A stretch of 64,000 bases of DNA, from IMG/VR virus record IMGVR_UViG_3300034520_000378. The stretch is one strand, 5' to 3'. Under the pieces are notes generated by a model that saw nothing but the letters and a program-made list of their open reading frames with translations, was not told the DNA's origin and did not search any database. Positions within the stretch are counted from its first letter, which is position 1. Every line of letters starts with the position of its first letter. The translations under genes and the position numbers were made by a program. This document shows positions 1 to 8,768 of the stretch, piece by piece. The DNA is from a virus.

Positions 1-963
1 ATGTCAAGGGGAAGAAAGCCCAAAGATCCGGGGCGCACTTTTGCTTCTCTGTATGAGACGTTCATCAACTTCAAGCAGGCAGAGGGTTGTCGTGAGCGTA
101 CCATCGCGGACTATCGTTCTACGTTCAAGGACTTTGCCAAGTTCTTCGATGTCAACCTGCTCATCACTAATCCTAAGCTGTATGATGCTTTGATCGAGTA
201 CTTCAAGTCTAAAGCGGACAAGCAGCCGGCTACTTATAACAGGCCGTACTCTAACCTGCATGCGTTCTTTGAGTACTGTGTAGCGCGTTCATACCTGAAG
301 TCAAATCCGCTCAAGGATCTCGGCCTGAAGAAGCGCAGGGATGACGATGAGACCATCCGCCACGTGGATGAGTCAGCTATCGATAAGTTGCTGAATGCTA
401 TCGACAAAAGGACGTATACGGGCCTGCGCGACTATGCTCTTATCCTTCTTACTCTGGACACCGGGATACGTCCCAAAGAAGCATTCGCCCTAACACTCAA
501 TGATGTTGACCTGGAGAAGCTGACGGTGCGCGTTCGCAAAGAAGTCTCCAAGGTGAAAAAAGAGCGGATCCTGCCTATAACTCCCATCACAGCTGCTGCG
601 CTCAGTGAACTGATTAACAACACCCCGGAGGAGTGGGGCGACCTCATATTCTATTCCACTACCGGCCTTCCTATGACGACGCATATGTGGACAAAGAGGA
701 TGGAGAAGTACAGTGAGAAGATAGGCGCCAAGATAACGCCGTATTCTCTGCGCCACACATTTGCCATCATGTATCTCCGGAATGGCGGCAACCAGTTTGC
801 CCTGAAGTACGAGATGGGGCACAGTACAATGACTATGACGTCGCGCTATGTAAAGCTCGTGCAAACGGATGTTGAGACTCAGCACAGGATCGCTTCGCCG
901 GTTTATAAGCTGGTGCGGCGCCGGAGTCGCGGCATAAAAAGAGGCCCAGCCGAGACTCAATAA
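1..963 (+). CDS. Tyrosine recombinase/integrase (XerC/D-like, with SAM-like core-binding and catalytic domains)
   Basis: Catalytic motifs are TGIRPKE (R), YSLRH (YxxR variant of HxxR), MGH and SRY (Y). The N-terminal core-binding domain contains 'RERTIADY...PATYN'. There is no long arm-binding N-terminus. Confidence 0.93.
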   Translation: MSRGRKPKDPGRTFASLYETFINFKQAEGCRERTIADYRSTFKDFAKFFDVNLLITNPKLYDALIEYFKSKADKQPATYNRPYSNLHAFFEYCVARSYLKSNPLKDLGLKKRRDDDETIRHVDESAIDKLLNAIDKRTYTGLRDYALILLTLDTGIRPKEAFALTLNDVDLEKLTVRVRKEVSKVKKERILPITPITAAALSELINNTPEEWGDLIFYSTTGLPMTTHMWTKRMEKYSEKIGAKITPYSLRHTFAIMYLRNGGNQFALKYEMGHSTMTMTSRYVKLVQTDVETQHRIASPVYKLVRRRSRGIKRGPAETQ

Positions 964-1239
964 CTAAATCTCCAGCTGGACCTCCTTACTCCTTAGCGAC
1001 CTATTGCCTTTTCTATCAAAGCTGGTCATTACAAAATAGTGCCTACCAGTATCCATGTTAGGAACGGTGTACTGGTAGGCTTTTTTGTCGCGTACTATAT
1101 CGAGTCTGTAGTATGGTCCACCGGCCAGGCGACTGTGCCATATCTCATAGCCGCTTGTATCAACCGCCCTTGCAGGGCGCCATGTGATCGTAATGTTGTA
1201 TGTGTTCAGGAGGTACCACTGCGCTGCGTTTTCAAACAT
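964..1239 (-). CDS. Small fibronectin type III domain protein
   Basis: FN3 pattern 'ITITW...GYEIW...YTV...HYFVMTSFDRKGNRS'. Start refined to ATG 1239, which has GAGGTG upstream; the ORF track gives 1257. Confidence 0.7.
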   Translation of the reverse strand: MFENAAQWYLLNTYNITITWRPARAVDTSGYEIWHSRLAGGPYYRLDIVRDKKAYQYTVPNMDTGRHYFVMTSFDRKGNRSLRSKEVQLEI

Positions 1240-1462
1240 ACCGTACCTGCACCTCATCCCCGGTTTTCGTCATGAAGTTGAAGAACAGGTACCCGTCTTC
1301 TATTGTGTAGTCAGTGTTTGGCGTCAAGAGCATGCCGTTTACCGATACCAGAGGTATGGAACCGTGAAGCGGTCCTGAAAGCTTAAAGCCGTTCTCACCG
1401 TCCACGATAACGACAAACGTCTCATACAGCGGTTCACGCCAGAGTATGCTTACCTGTTCCAT
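1232..1462 (-). CDS. Small virion-type beta-sandwich protein (VNG...DY...F...GD-V-V-Y module)
   Basis: 'VSVNGMLLTPNTDYTIEDGYLFFNFMTKTGDEVQVRY' matches modules in the tail-fibre and structural ORFs of this window. RBS GGGGGAG. Confidence 0.6.
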   Translation of the reverse strand: MEQVSILWREPLYETFVVIVDGENGFKLSGPLHGSIPLVSVNGMLLTPNTDYTIEDGYLFFNFMTKTGDEVQVRYV

Positions 1463-1477
1463 CGCTTGATCTCCCCC

Positions 1478-3325
1478 TTAGGATGCATATGCTGCATATA
1501 TGCAGGATGTGTTGAGATCTTTCTTCCCTTCTACCGGCACTATGATCGGCCTCCCATCTTCTGTAGCTATCACACCCAGTTCTAACAGAGCCTGAATAGC
1601 GGGGTATTTGGCCCAGCCCAGCTCGCTGTCTATTCCCTCATAGTCCCCCGCAGCGACAGCTGTATACACCAGCTCAAGGCTCTGCCTGGTCAGGGTCACA
1701 CTGGGTGCCGCTGCTTTGACTATACCCTGGACATCGCGCCTGCCGTTGTACTCGTTTATGCTGAGCTCAAGCGCTATGTCCAAAGGCTGCTGGATATTGT
1801 CATAGTACCGTGCTCCGTCAAACCATACCGTCCACAGGTTTCCCACTTTCATCCTGATATGCTTTCCGTCTGCTGTCCGGGTGCTACAGGCGGGGTTTAC
1901 GCCGCGCATCAAAAAGACGGGGACGGGATTGCCGCACCCGAACGGCTCAAGCATGGCAAGCTCGGCTATATCCTCGGGCGTGATCACTTCATCCGCATTC
2001 AGGATAGCGTCGATATCGCACACCGCCGGCGCGGGCGGCGGCACCACCTTGGTTAAGGCGTCTACAAAGTCGTGCAACTTGTCCTTCTGAATCGTTATAC
2101 CAATCGCTGTCTTGTGCCCGCCGTAGACGGTGATGTGTTCCTTTACCTTACCAAGCATGCCAACAAGGTCGTACCCCTCCGGTGCGCGCCCGGAGCCTTT
2201 AAGCGTCTCCCCTTCGTCGGAAAACACTATGGTGGGCAGGCCGAATCGCCGCGATATCTTTCCAGCAACGATCCCCGCAACACCGTGCTCCAGGTTTTCG
2301 TCCGCTACGATTATGATTCTGGTATCGTCATCCACCTTTACTTTGGCTAGCGCAACTGCTTCGGCACTGTCGGTTGCTTCCTGTCTGTCCTGATTGAACC
2401 TGTTGATGGCCGCTGCAAACTCTGCTGCTTCGTCCTCGCTCTCCGCTATAAGGAGCCTGAACGCGTCATGCGGGGTGCTGAGTCTGCCAGGGGCGTTAAG
2501 CCGCGGGCCTATTGCAAAACCAAACAGGGTAGCGGTCGCGCGGCTCACTCCAGCGCTCTTCTTAAGCGCCTTTATCCATGGTACTTCAGAGGCATTCCAT
2601 AACTCTATTCCCCTTGATACTATGTACCTGTTCTCGCCTATCAGGTCACACACATCGGCTACAGTGGCCACAGCCGCCAGAACGTATAGATCGTGCTCTA
2701 TATCCTTGCCCGTGCTCAAGGCGAGGCCTTCTACGAACTTCAGCGCAAGCCCGGCTGCACAGTAGTAGTTATCCCTATCGCCGTAGTATTTGGGGTTGAC
2801 GAGTGCTGCAGCGGGCGGCCTTCCACTCAGCGGCTCGTGATGGTCTATCACTATGACGTCAATTCCGGCGCCTTTTGCCTTTTCGCATACCTCTATATCG
2901 TTTGTCCCGCAGTCAAGAGCTATTATGAGCCTTCTGTCTTCCGCCAGAGCCTTATCTATAGCCTTCTCCTTAAAGCCATAGCCGTCTTTTCGAACAGAGA
3001 GAAGAAAGTCCACATCGCTCCCCAGCGACCTGAGGTATTTGTATACCACCGCCGCCGAACACACGCCGTCCGCGTCATAGTCGCCGTACACCAGAACCCT
3101 GCTGCCGTTCTTCAAGTGCTTCATCGTGAGCTGTACGGCTTCCCTCATGCCGGATATGGAATAGGGTGCGACATGTGTGTAGCTGGTCATAAAGCTTATG
3201 GCAGCGTCACACGTCTCAAACCGTCCCGCCGCCACGGTACCAAGCAGTCTGCCGCACCCTATCTCGCGTACAAGGTCGGCCGGGTCAAAGTTAAGCCGCC
3301 TTGCTCTCCAGATTGGATACCTCAA
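1478..3325 (-). CDS. recJ: RecJ-like ssDNA exonuclease (DHH/DHHA1)
   Basis: Motifs GDYDADG, LDCG, IDHH, TVADV, GPRLNAPGRL, GSGR, GGH and LEPFG-GNP. The likely start is TTG 3325 after GGGGGA; the track extends to 3373. Confidence 0.93.
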   Translation of the reverse strand: MRYPIWRARRLNFDPADLVREIGCGRLLGTVAAGRFETCDAAISFMTSYTHVAPYSISGMREAVQLTMKHLKNGSRVLVYGDYDADGVCSAAVVYKYLRSLGSDVDFLLSVRKDGYGFKEKAIDKALAEDRRLIIALDCGTNDIEVCEKAKGAGIDVIVIDHHEPLSGRPPAAALVNPKYYGDRDNYYCAAGLALKFVEGLALSTGKDIEHDLYVLAAVATVADVCDLIGENRYIVSRGIELWNASEVPWIKALKKSAGVSRATATLFGFAIGPRLNAPGRLSTPHDAFRLLIAESEDEAAEFAAAINRFNQDRQEATDSAEAVALAKVKVDDDTRIIIVADENLEHGVAGIVAGKISRRFGLPTIVFSDEGETLKGSGRAPEGYDLVGMLGKVKEHITVYGGHKTAIGITIQKDKLHDFVDALTKVVPPPAPAVCDIDAILNADEVITPEDIAELAMLEPFGCGNPVPVFLMRGVNPACSTRTADGKHIRMKVGNLWTVWFDGARYYDNIQQPLDIALELSINEYNGRRDVQGIVKAAAPSVTLTRQSLELVYTAVAAGDYEGIDSELGWAKYPAIQALLELGVIATEDGRPIIVPVEGKKDLNTSCIYAAYAS

Positions 3326-3327
3326 TT

Positions 3328-3636
3328 TTATCCCCCCAGTATTGTTCCTTTGAAGTGATGCGTGCCAGGGCATTCGTGATACACACGCAGGGATACGACC
3401 GTGGTTTCAGGCAGCCGGGTTCCCCTATCAGCGACGTATGCTGTTCGAGAGTACGGCGATGTTTGAGCGACGTACCATGGCTCAGGATCGTTGCCCACGT
3501 ACAGCCTGAACTCAGCGGAGCAAGTGCCAGTAGCTGTAAAGCCAACCATATACCTCAACCCATCGGATACCCATCTGCATATTTCGGTCTCGGTCCCTGG
3601 TTCAGCGGGTATCCCGATGTTGTTCCGTGCAAGCAT
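3328..3636 (-). CDS. Hypothetical protein
   Basis: Fills the gap between the sigma factor and recJ. AGGAGAG lies upstream of ATG 3636. Confidence 0.6.
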   Translation of the reverse strand: MLARNNIGIPAEPGTETEICRWVSDGLRYMVGFTATGTCSAEFRLYVGNDPEPWYVAQTSPYSRTAYVADRGTRLPETTVVSLRVYHECPGTHHFKGTILGG

Positions 3637-4453
3637 CGGCCACTCTCCTTGACCATAGCTTCTTTCTGGCACTACTCCTTATCCTTACCACCCTGTTCTT
3701 AGGCACGCCGAGCATTGCGCTTATCTCATCATCGTTATACCCATTCTCATAGTACAACACGAGCACGCGCCTTTCAAGGGGGGTTAAGCTGCAAAACATC
3801 TCCGAGCATGTGAAACCCATAATCCAGTTCTCACCCAATTCCTTGTCGATTTCGTCCTCGGTTATGATGATCCTGTCCACTTCCGCCTCAATCTCGCTCA
3901 CGGCATCCGGCTGTATGTACAGGTCGCTGTTTTCCTCGCTGTCCAGACAGGCGGCGCTGCGCATTGCAAGCGCAGCCGGATCGTTAATGAGCCGTATGAC
4001 TCTTTTGTATGCCCTGTAGTGGAAGGCTTTACTGACGTACGTGTGGAAGAAGCAGCCGCGGTCGTTGCGGTACCGCTTGGCCATGGCGAGCAGCTCGCTT
4101 ACAAGCTCGCTCCACAGGTCCTCCTCGTCAACCATGGCAAACTTACGTGCGACGTTTGCTGCGTGATAGTACATCACCTGCAGTCCTTTACCGCTCTTTC
4201 TGCTGCGTATCCGCATTATTCTCTGTCTGTCCTCATACTCTTTCACGAACAGACAAAGGAATTTCCTCATGTTCTTGTTGTAGTAGTCTATGTGCCCGCT
4301 CTTGAGCAGCTGTATGTAGTTCTTTAGGTAGCCCTTAAACGCGTCTATCAGCCCCAGGGCGGCATTGTTATCACCTGCTTGGTATGCTTTAACAAAAGCA
4401 TCAACCTCTTCATAGGTGTACCTTTTGGTCTTATCCCTGTGCGGCATGTTCAA
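3602..4453 (-). CDS. Phage sigma-70 family RNA polymerase sigma factor
   Basis: Region 2-like 'EEDLWSELVSELLAMAKRY...FHTYV' and region 4 HTH 'LTPLERRVLVLYYENGYNDDEISAMLGVPKNRVVRIRSSARKKL'. Confidence 0.85.
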   Translation of the reverse strand: MNMPHRDKTKRYTYEEVDAFVKAYQAGDNNAALGLIDAFKGYLKNYIQLLKSGHIDYYNKNMRKFLCLFVKEYEDRQRIMRIRSRKSGKGLQVMYYHAANVARKFAMVDEEDLWSELVSELLAMAKRYRNDRGCFFHTYVSKAFHYRAYKRVIRLINDPAALAMRSAACLDSEENSDLYIQPDAVSEIEAEVDRIIITEDEIDKELGENWIMGFTCSEMFCSLTPLERRVLVLYYENGYNDDEISAMLGVPKNRVVRIRSSARKKLWSRRVADACTEQHRDTR

Positions 4454-4934
4454 CGGCTCCTCTCCCGTACAGAACTAGGTATGTATGACCCAAAGCAACT
4501 GCGTCTGTGATATCGTCTATGTACCTGCCTGCTGCGCCTGCTGTGATGTTGCCGTACATTGCAAGTACGGCTGCAGCGACTTGTTGCTTTGTTGCATTGC
4601 CTACCCCGCAGCACACCTTCTTTACTATGCTGGGAGGTAGGGTGACTGTTTTCACCCCTTCAAGTCCTGCAGCCGTCAGGATTGCCCCGTGAACCGCACT
4701 CAAGTAGTATGCCGTTTTCGCATTCCGTGCCGTATAGCACCCCTCTAGCACCACCACGTGTATAGCCTGGTTCCTTATCACATCAGTCACTTTGCTGAAT
4801 ATAGCGGAGAGCTTTTGTGGAAGATCGAGCTTGGACGGGACGGTGTAGACACCGACATCGCACACCGTCCCGTCCTTGAAAATACAGTAGCCAGTGTGGT
4901 TAAGTGCGGCGTCCAGCGCAAGGATGTTCTCCAT
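4431..4934 (-). CDS. ruvC: RuvC-like Holliday junction resolvase
   Basis: Motifs ILALD..LNHTGY, VVLE, 'VKKVCCGVGNATKQQV' and 'DITDAVALG'. Confidence 0.9.
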   Translation of the reverse strand: MENILALDAALNHTGYCIFKDGTVCDVGVYTVPSKLDLPQKLSAIFSKVTDVIRNQAIHVVVLEGCYTARNAKTAYYLSAVHGAILTAAGLEGVKTVTLPPSIVKKVCCGVGNATKQQVAAAVLAMYGNITAGAAGRYIDDITDAVALGHTYLVLYGRGAVEHAAQG

Positions 4935-5101
4935 CAGCTCACCTTCTTCTTACCCCTGCTCTTGCTCTTTGCCGCAGCTTTCTTACCCACCTCAATGATT
5001 ACCCCAACCAGGTTGAATGCAGCGATGAGCACAGCTGCAGCCGCGAGCAAGGCGTTTACCACACCAGTGGTTATCCAAAACGCTGTCCAGTATGGGTGCA
5101 C
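4934..5101 (-). CDS. 55-aa single-pass membrane protein, below the ORF-track cutoff
   Basis: Manually translated as MHPYWTAFWITTGVVNALLAAAAVLIAAFNLVGVIIEVGKKAAAKSKSRGKKKVS. It has a GGAGG RBS and a GTG start, and its TGA overlaps the ruvC ATG. Confidence 0.7.
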   Translation of the reverse strand: MHPYWTAFWITTGVVNALLAAAAVLIAAFNLVGVIIEVGKKAAAKSKSRGKKKVS

Positions 5102-5116
5102 TGCACTGCCTCCTCT

Positions 5117-5758
5117 CTATACAACCATAGCAATGAGCTGGCGCCAGTCCTCGCCGAAGTGCATGACCATCTCCTCGTCCGTATAAGCCTCGTTCTTCAG
5201 CTTGGGCGGCTCCATGTCCATAGCTCTGTAATGCTTTGCCATGTGATCATATGCAGCCTCAACACCGGATGGTCTTACCTTCAGCAAGAATGCCATTGCA
5301 GCTATTGTCCCCTTTTTGTGCACGCAGAGTTCATTGTTCCTCACGTCATGATGCGGATACTTGTACGACCCGAAGTTCTCAGGATCTCCGTCAATTATCA
5401 GGAACCCCTGTGAGAACTTACCCCAGTTCATCTTCTCTTTCTTGCCCGAGCCGTCACTGCTCGCCCATTTGGCCATTCTCTTTCTTGCAGCACTGGCATC
5501 CCATATATCGCTGTCTATGACGGGGCCGCCTTTGTATGGAACCACCTTCTCAACAGCGAGCTCCTCTACCAATTCGCCTTCCTCTATTTTCCGTACCAGC
5601 TCCTCAAGCTCTTCCTTTGTCGGTATCCTGCCCGAGTCGCCGCTTACCGATTCAAGCAGCTTCTTCATTTCATTGGACAGCACCTTTATCGTACCGTCCT
5701 GGTACTCCTCCATGATAACCTCGCCAGTGTTGGGGTTTACTATCCTGATATAGCTCAT
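5117..5758 (-). CDS. Hypothetical protein with a domain I recognise from fusions to phage prohead proteases
   Basis: 'WDASAARKRM...YKYPHHDV...LCVHKKG..AA...HMAKHY...EPP'. No protease catalytic domain is evident. Confidence 0.55.
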   Translation of the reverse strand: MSYIRIVNPNTGEVIMEEYQDGTIKVLSNEMKKLLESVSGDSGRIPTKEELEELVRKIEEGELVEELAVEKVVPYKGGPVIDSDIWDASAARKRMAKWASSDGSGKKEKMNWGKFSQGFLIIDGDPENFGSYKYPHHDVRNNELCVHKKGTIAAMAFLLKVRPSGVEAAYDHMAKHYRAMDMEPPKLKNEAYTDEEMVMHFGEDWRQLIAMVV

Positions 5759-6525
5759 GACCTTTCATCCCCCTTCTCAGATGGTAGTTTTGGTACATAC
5801 TCCAGCAGCCAGTGACCGCTGGTGCACAGCGCCCTGTACGGGCATCCTCTCTGGCATCCGCCTATGGACGGATAGAATATGCTTTCTGATATGGCCCTGG
5901 CGATGGACCTTACTATGTGCTCCATAGCTTTGTAGTCCCGGCTCTGTATTGCCGCCTCGCTGCTTGTTCCCGTGCTAAGGTAAAACACCGTAGCTCTTGT
6001 GACCGGTCTTGACACTACGCTCCTGCACGCCGTCCATGCTGCTATTACTTCAATATCACTTGACAGCGGCAGGTCGGGGTTGGCCGGGTTTTCGTCGGAG
6101 AACATCAGCAGCTCCAGCTCGCCGGTGGCATTCCTGCATATCGCATCCACCCTGCCGCTTATCTTCACCCCTTCAACCTGTATGCTGTACTTCTGCCCAA
6201 CAACTAAGGGATACAGCGTTGTCTGTTTGAGAAACTCGTGGATTGCAAGGCTCTGCTCAAGCCCTCTTGCAATTGACTTTGGGGAGAAGCTCCTAAGTCT
6301 CTTCTTCCCGACCACCGACTTCAGTACGGTATTGTATGCATATCGCACATCAGCCCTTGTCGGGAACCTGTCCTGTGCTGCATACAGGATGAAGTCTCCG
6401 ACCTTGCGGATGCACAGCCTGAGCAGCTCATCCGCGCCCGGACTGGCATCTATGTTCTCTATATGTTTGAACCTGTAAAACAGCGGGCATGTGCAGTAGT
6501 CCTTCAGCTGCTTGATGTCCAGCAC
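5755..6525 (-). CDS. PD-(D/E)XK nuclease family protein (Cas4/RecB/AddB-like, 4-Cys staple)
   Basis: N-terminal 'YCTCP', central 'ISGRVDAI' and C-terminal 'CQRGCPYRALC'. The start is uncertain (GTG 6525; the track gives 6630). The (D/E)xK motif is not clearly intact. Confidence 0.75.
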   Translation of the reverse strand: MLDIKQLKDYCTCPLFYRFKHIENIDASPGADELLRLCIRKVGDFILYAAQDRFPTRADVRYAYNTVLKSVVGKKRLRSFSPKSIARGLEQSLAIHEFLKQTTLYPLVVGQKYSIQVEGVKISGRVDAICRNATGELELLMFSDENPANPDLPLSSDIEVIAAWTACRSVVSRPVTRATVFYLSTGTSSEAAIQSRDYKAMEHIVRSIARAISESIFYPSIGGCQRGCPYRALCTSGHWLLEYVPKLPSEKGDERS

Positions 6526-6535
6526 CAGCTGTTGG

Positions 6536-6703
6536 CTATTTCCTTGGTTCAACGCCGGGCGTGCTTCTGTCGAGTATGTCTTCGATTGTGTTGCGGACGC
6601 ACTCCCAGTGGACGCTCCATTTCTTCTCATAGGCTGCTATCCTCGGGTTACTGTTGTACGTGAGTATTTCCTTGTTGCATACGATGCAGATTTGCTTGTT
6701 CAA
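6536..6703 (-). CDS. Small zinc-finger protein (CxxC...HxxC)
   Basis: 'ICIVCNKEI...VHWECV', with a TTG start after AAAGGGGGG. Confidence 0.6.
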   Translation of the reverse strand: MNKQICIVCNKEILTYNSNPRIAAYEKKWSVHWECVRNTIEDILDRSTPGVEPRK

Positions 6704-6866
6704 ACCGCAGTCCCCCCTTTCTGCTTGCCAGCGTGAGCTCAATATAGTCCCTGCAGTTGTTCATAAGCCAGCGTATTATCCTGTGCTCAGACATGGGCCT
6801 TTCACCATAAACATCACACACCTTTATACCAGGCGTGCTCAGGTAAAGCTCTATGTCGTCAAGCAC
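6648..6866 (-). CDS. Hypothetical protein
   Basis: GGAGGTGG RBS before GTG 6866. Fits the tightly packed operon. Confidence 0.45.
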   Translation of the reverse strand: MLDDIELYLSTPGIKVCDVYGERPMSEHRIIRWLMNNCRDYIELTLASRKGGLRFEQANLHRMQQGNTHVQQ

Positions 6867-7507
6867 GACTGCCCCACCTCCAGCAGGTCCCACCACTGCC
6901 ACCGCGGCATTATGGCCAGCAGCTCAGCCCTGGGCTTTCGTCTTACCACCATGCATTTGATATCATCACTCTCAAGGCCGGATGTTACAGTTATGCCGTA
7001 CGGATAGCTGATGCTGCTTATAATCCCGCGGTGGAATGTAAACAGAGTGCTCTTGCTGTGTGATGACGTTATCAGGTATACATCCTCAAGCGGCTCAATA
7101 ACCGTACTCGTATCCGGGTGGTATAGACTGTACGCTTCAGGATAGTTAATCTCATCGGCCAGCCTGATCAGCGCAAGCGCGTAGCCGTCCACCACTTTGT
7201 CACCTATACACTCTATGGTGCCCGGAACGCTGTGGACGTGGGTAAGCAGGCCTTCACCGCTCGGCTCGTACCGCACCATCCACAGGTTAACGCGCTCGTC
7301 GCGTATATCATCCGGTTCCACTTCGCACAATGCGTAGGTGGTGTAGCCAACCTGTCCGGGGCTCTGTCTTGAGCTTATCACAGCGCCCTTCCACTTCATG
7401 TCAACCATTACGGCGGGGTATATGAATCTCTTGTATGCTGCGTCCTGCAGCTGTACTGTGTTGTCCACTACAAGCTTTGGCCTTCTGCCACTACCTGGTC
7501 CGCCCAA
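6851..7507 (-). CDS. Hypothetical protein
   Basis: 218-aa ORF within the operon, with a GGAGG RBS and an 'MGGPGSGRR' N-terminus. Confidence 0.7.
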   Translation of the reverse strand: MGGPGSGRRPKLVVDNTVQLQDAAYKRFIYPAVMVDMKWKGAVISSRQSPGQVGYTTYALCEVEPDDIRDERVNLWMVRYEPSGEGLLTHVHSVPGTIECIGDKVVDGYALALIRLADEINYPEAYSLYHPDTSTVIEPLEDVYLITSSHSKSTLFTFHRGIISSISYPYGITVTSGLESDDIKCMVVRRKPRAELLAIMPRWQWWDLLEVGQSCLTT

Positions 7508-7526
7508 TTACTCATCACTCCTCCTA

Positions 7527-7769
7527 TTACTGTGTACTCAGCGGAAACTTGGGTGAGAAGTTTTCGCGCCTTATCATTAGCTCACGGTCACGCTCCGAGT
7601 GCTGGCATAGCGGTATCGGACAGTCCTGACACTTTACAAACAGGTGTGAGGCCTTCACCATGCACTTATAGCATATTGGGCATGGATGATAGCGCGGACA
7701 GTTGCGCTTTCTAGCCTCCTCAGGCCACACGTTCCTGTATGACACTATGGTGAACTCCTCACTGCTCAT
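7527..7769 (-). CDS. Small Cys/His-rich zinc-binding protein
   Basis: 'CPRYHPCPICYKC...HLFVKCQDCPIPLCQH', with a GGAGGTG RBS. Confidence 0.7.
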   Translation of the reverse strand: MSSEEFTIVSYRNVWPEEARKRNCPRYHPCPICYKCMVKASHLFVKCQDCPIPLCQHSERDRELMIRRENFSPKFPLSTQ

Positions 7770-7790
7770 AATGCGTGTTACGCACCTCCT

Positions 7791-8768
7791 CTACTTGATA
7801 TCGTGATGCACGATGTCGAGGTACTTCCTGTGCGTTGCGTCATCCGGCTCCTTCATGAGCGACAGCTCGGGTATAAACTCGAAACAGAGCCGCCCCTTGA
7901 AGGAGTTGTACTTGTTCTTTGCGACGTGTACCTCGAATACAGGATAGCGTGCAAAGTCGTTCGGTGGATACCAGTAAAGGTTGCTCTGCTCACCCCGTGC
8001 ACCAAGGTCGTTGTAGCAGAGCATTATCGACTTTGCCTCGTACCTTATCTTGATTGATTCCCTTATGTCATCAAGCTGCGGGCGCCTTTGGCCGTTCAGC
8101 TTCCGCAGCTCGGCTGTGCACACAATCGGTATATCAAGCTCGTTAGCAAGGTCGGACAGCGCCTGGGCTATGTACTCGTATCTTCCGTTCTCGCTGTTTA
8201 TCCTCACATCCGGCAGTACGTCATGGAAGCTGTCCACAAACACGACCAGCTGCCATTCTTCACCCAGCGTCCCTAAGTCCACCTTTCTCTGCCTCACTAT
8301 TTCACACAGAGAGCTGATCATGCCTGCAGCAGCACCGTCCAGTATCTCGTACTTCAAAGCGCTGTTCTTGATCGTGTCTATAGCCTCAACCACCTTTTTG
8401 TACACGCCGGGGTTCTTTTCCCAGTTCACACCCGCCTGTTTGACTGTGTTTATCGGCAGCCCGGATATGTGTGCTGCAAGACGGCATACCTTTTCAAACT
8501 TGGTATCGTCCAGCGTTATGTCGATCACGTGCACATACTCGTTGTTCTTCACTATCTGCCACGCGAGCTGGCTTGCGAAGGCCGTCTTACCCATGTTGGC
8601 CTCCCCGGCTATGATGTGCAGTCCGGGCTGCAGGCCATGCAGCGCAGCGTCCAATCGCTTAAAACCCGTAGTAAGCCCTTTTCTGCCGCGCTCGATTATC
8701 GCCATTATCGCGTCCAGTTCCGCTATTGTTTGCTCTATCCATGGAAACTGCATTTCGGTAGTGTTCAA
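7791..8768 (-). CDS. DnaB-like replicative helicase (C-terminal ATPase domain only)
   Basis: Motifs GLTTGF..LD, Walker A GEANMGKT, Walker B VFVDS, 'CTAELRK', 'IRES' and 'VAKNK'. TTG 8768 follows GGAGG. Confidence 0.88.
   Translation of the reverse strand: MNTTEMQFPWIEQTIAELDAIMAIIERGRKGLTTGFKRLDAALHGLQPGLHIIAGEANMGKTAFASQLAWQIVKNNEYVHVIDITLDDTKFEKVCRLAAHISGLPINTVKQAGVNWEKNPGVYKKVVEAIDTIKNSALKYEILDGAAAGMISSLCEIVRQRKVDLGTLGEEWQLVVFVDSFHDVLPDVRINSENGRYEYIAQALSDLANELDIPIVCTAELRKLNGQRRPQLDDIRESIKIRYEAKSIMLCYNDLGARGEQSNLYWYPPNDFARYPVFEVHVAKNKYNSFKGRLCFEFIPELSLMKEPDDATHRKYLDIVHHDIK

Noticed and set aside
5755-6525. Cas4 as part of a CRISPR-Cas system
   Set aside because: It is a solo Cas4/RecB-like nuclease, which is common in phage replication modules. 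There is no cas1/cas2 or array.
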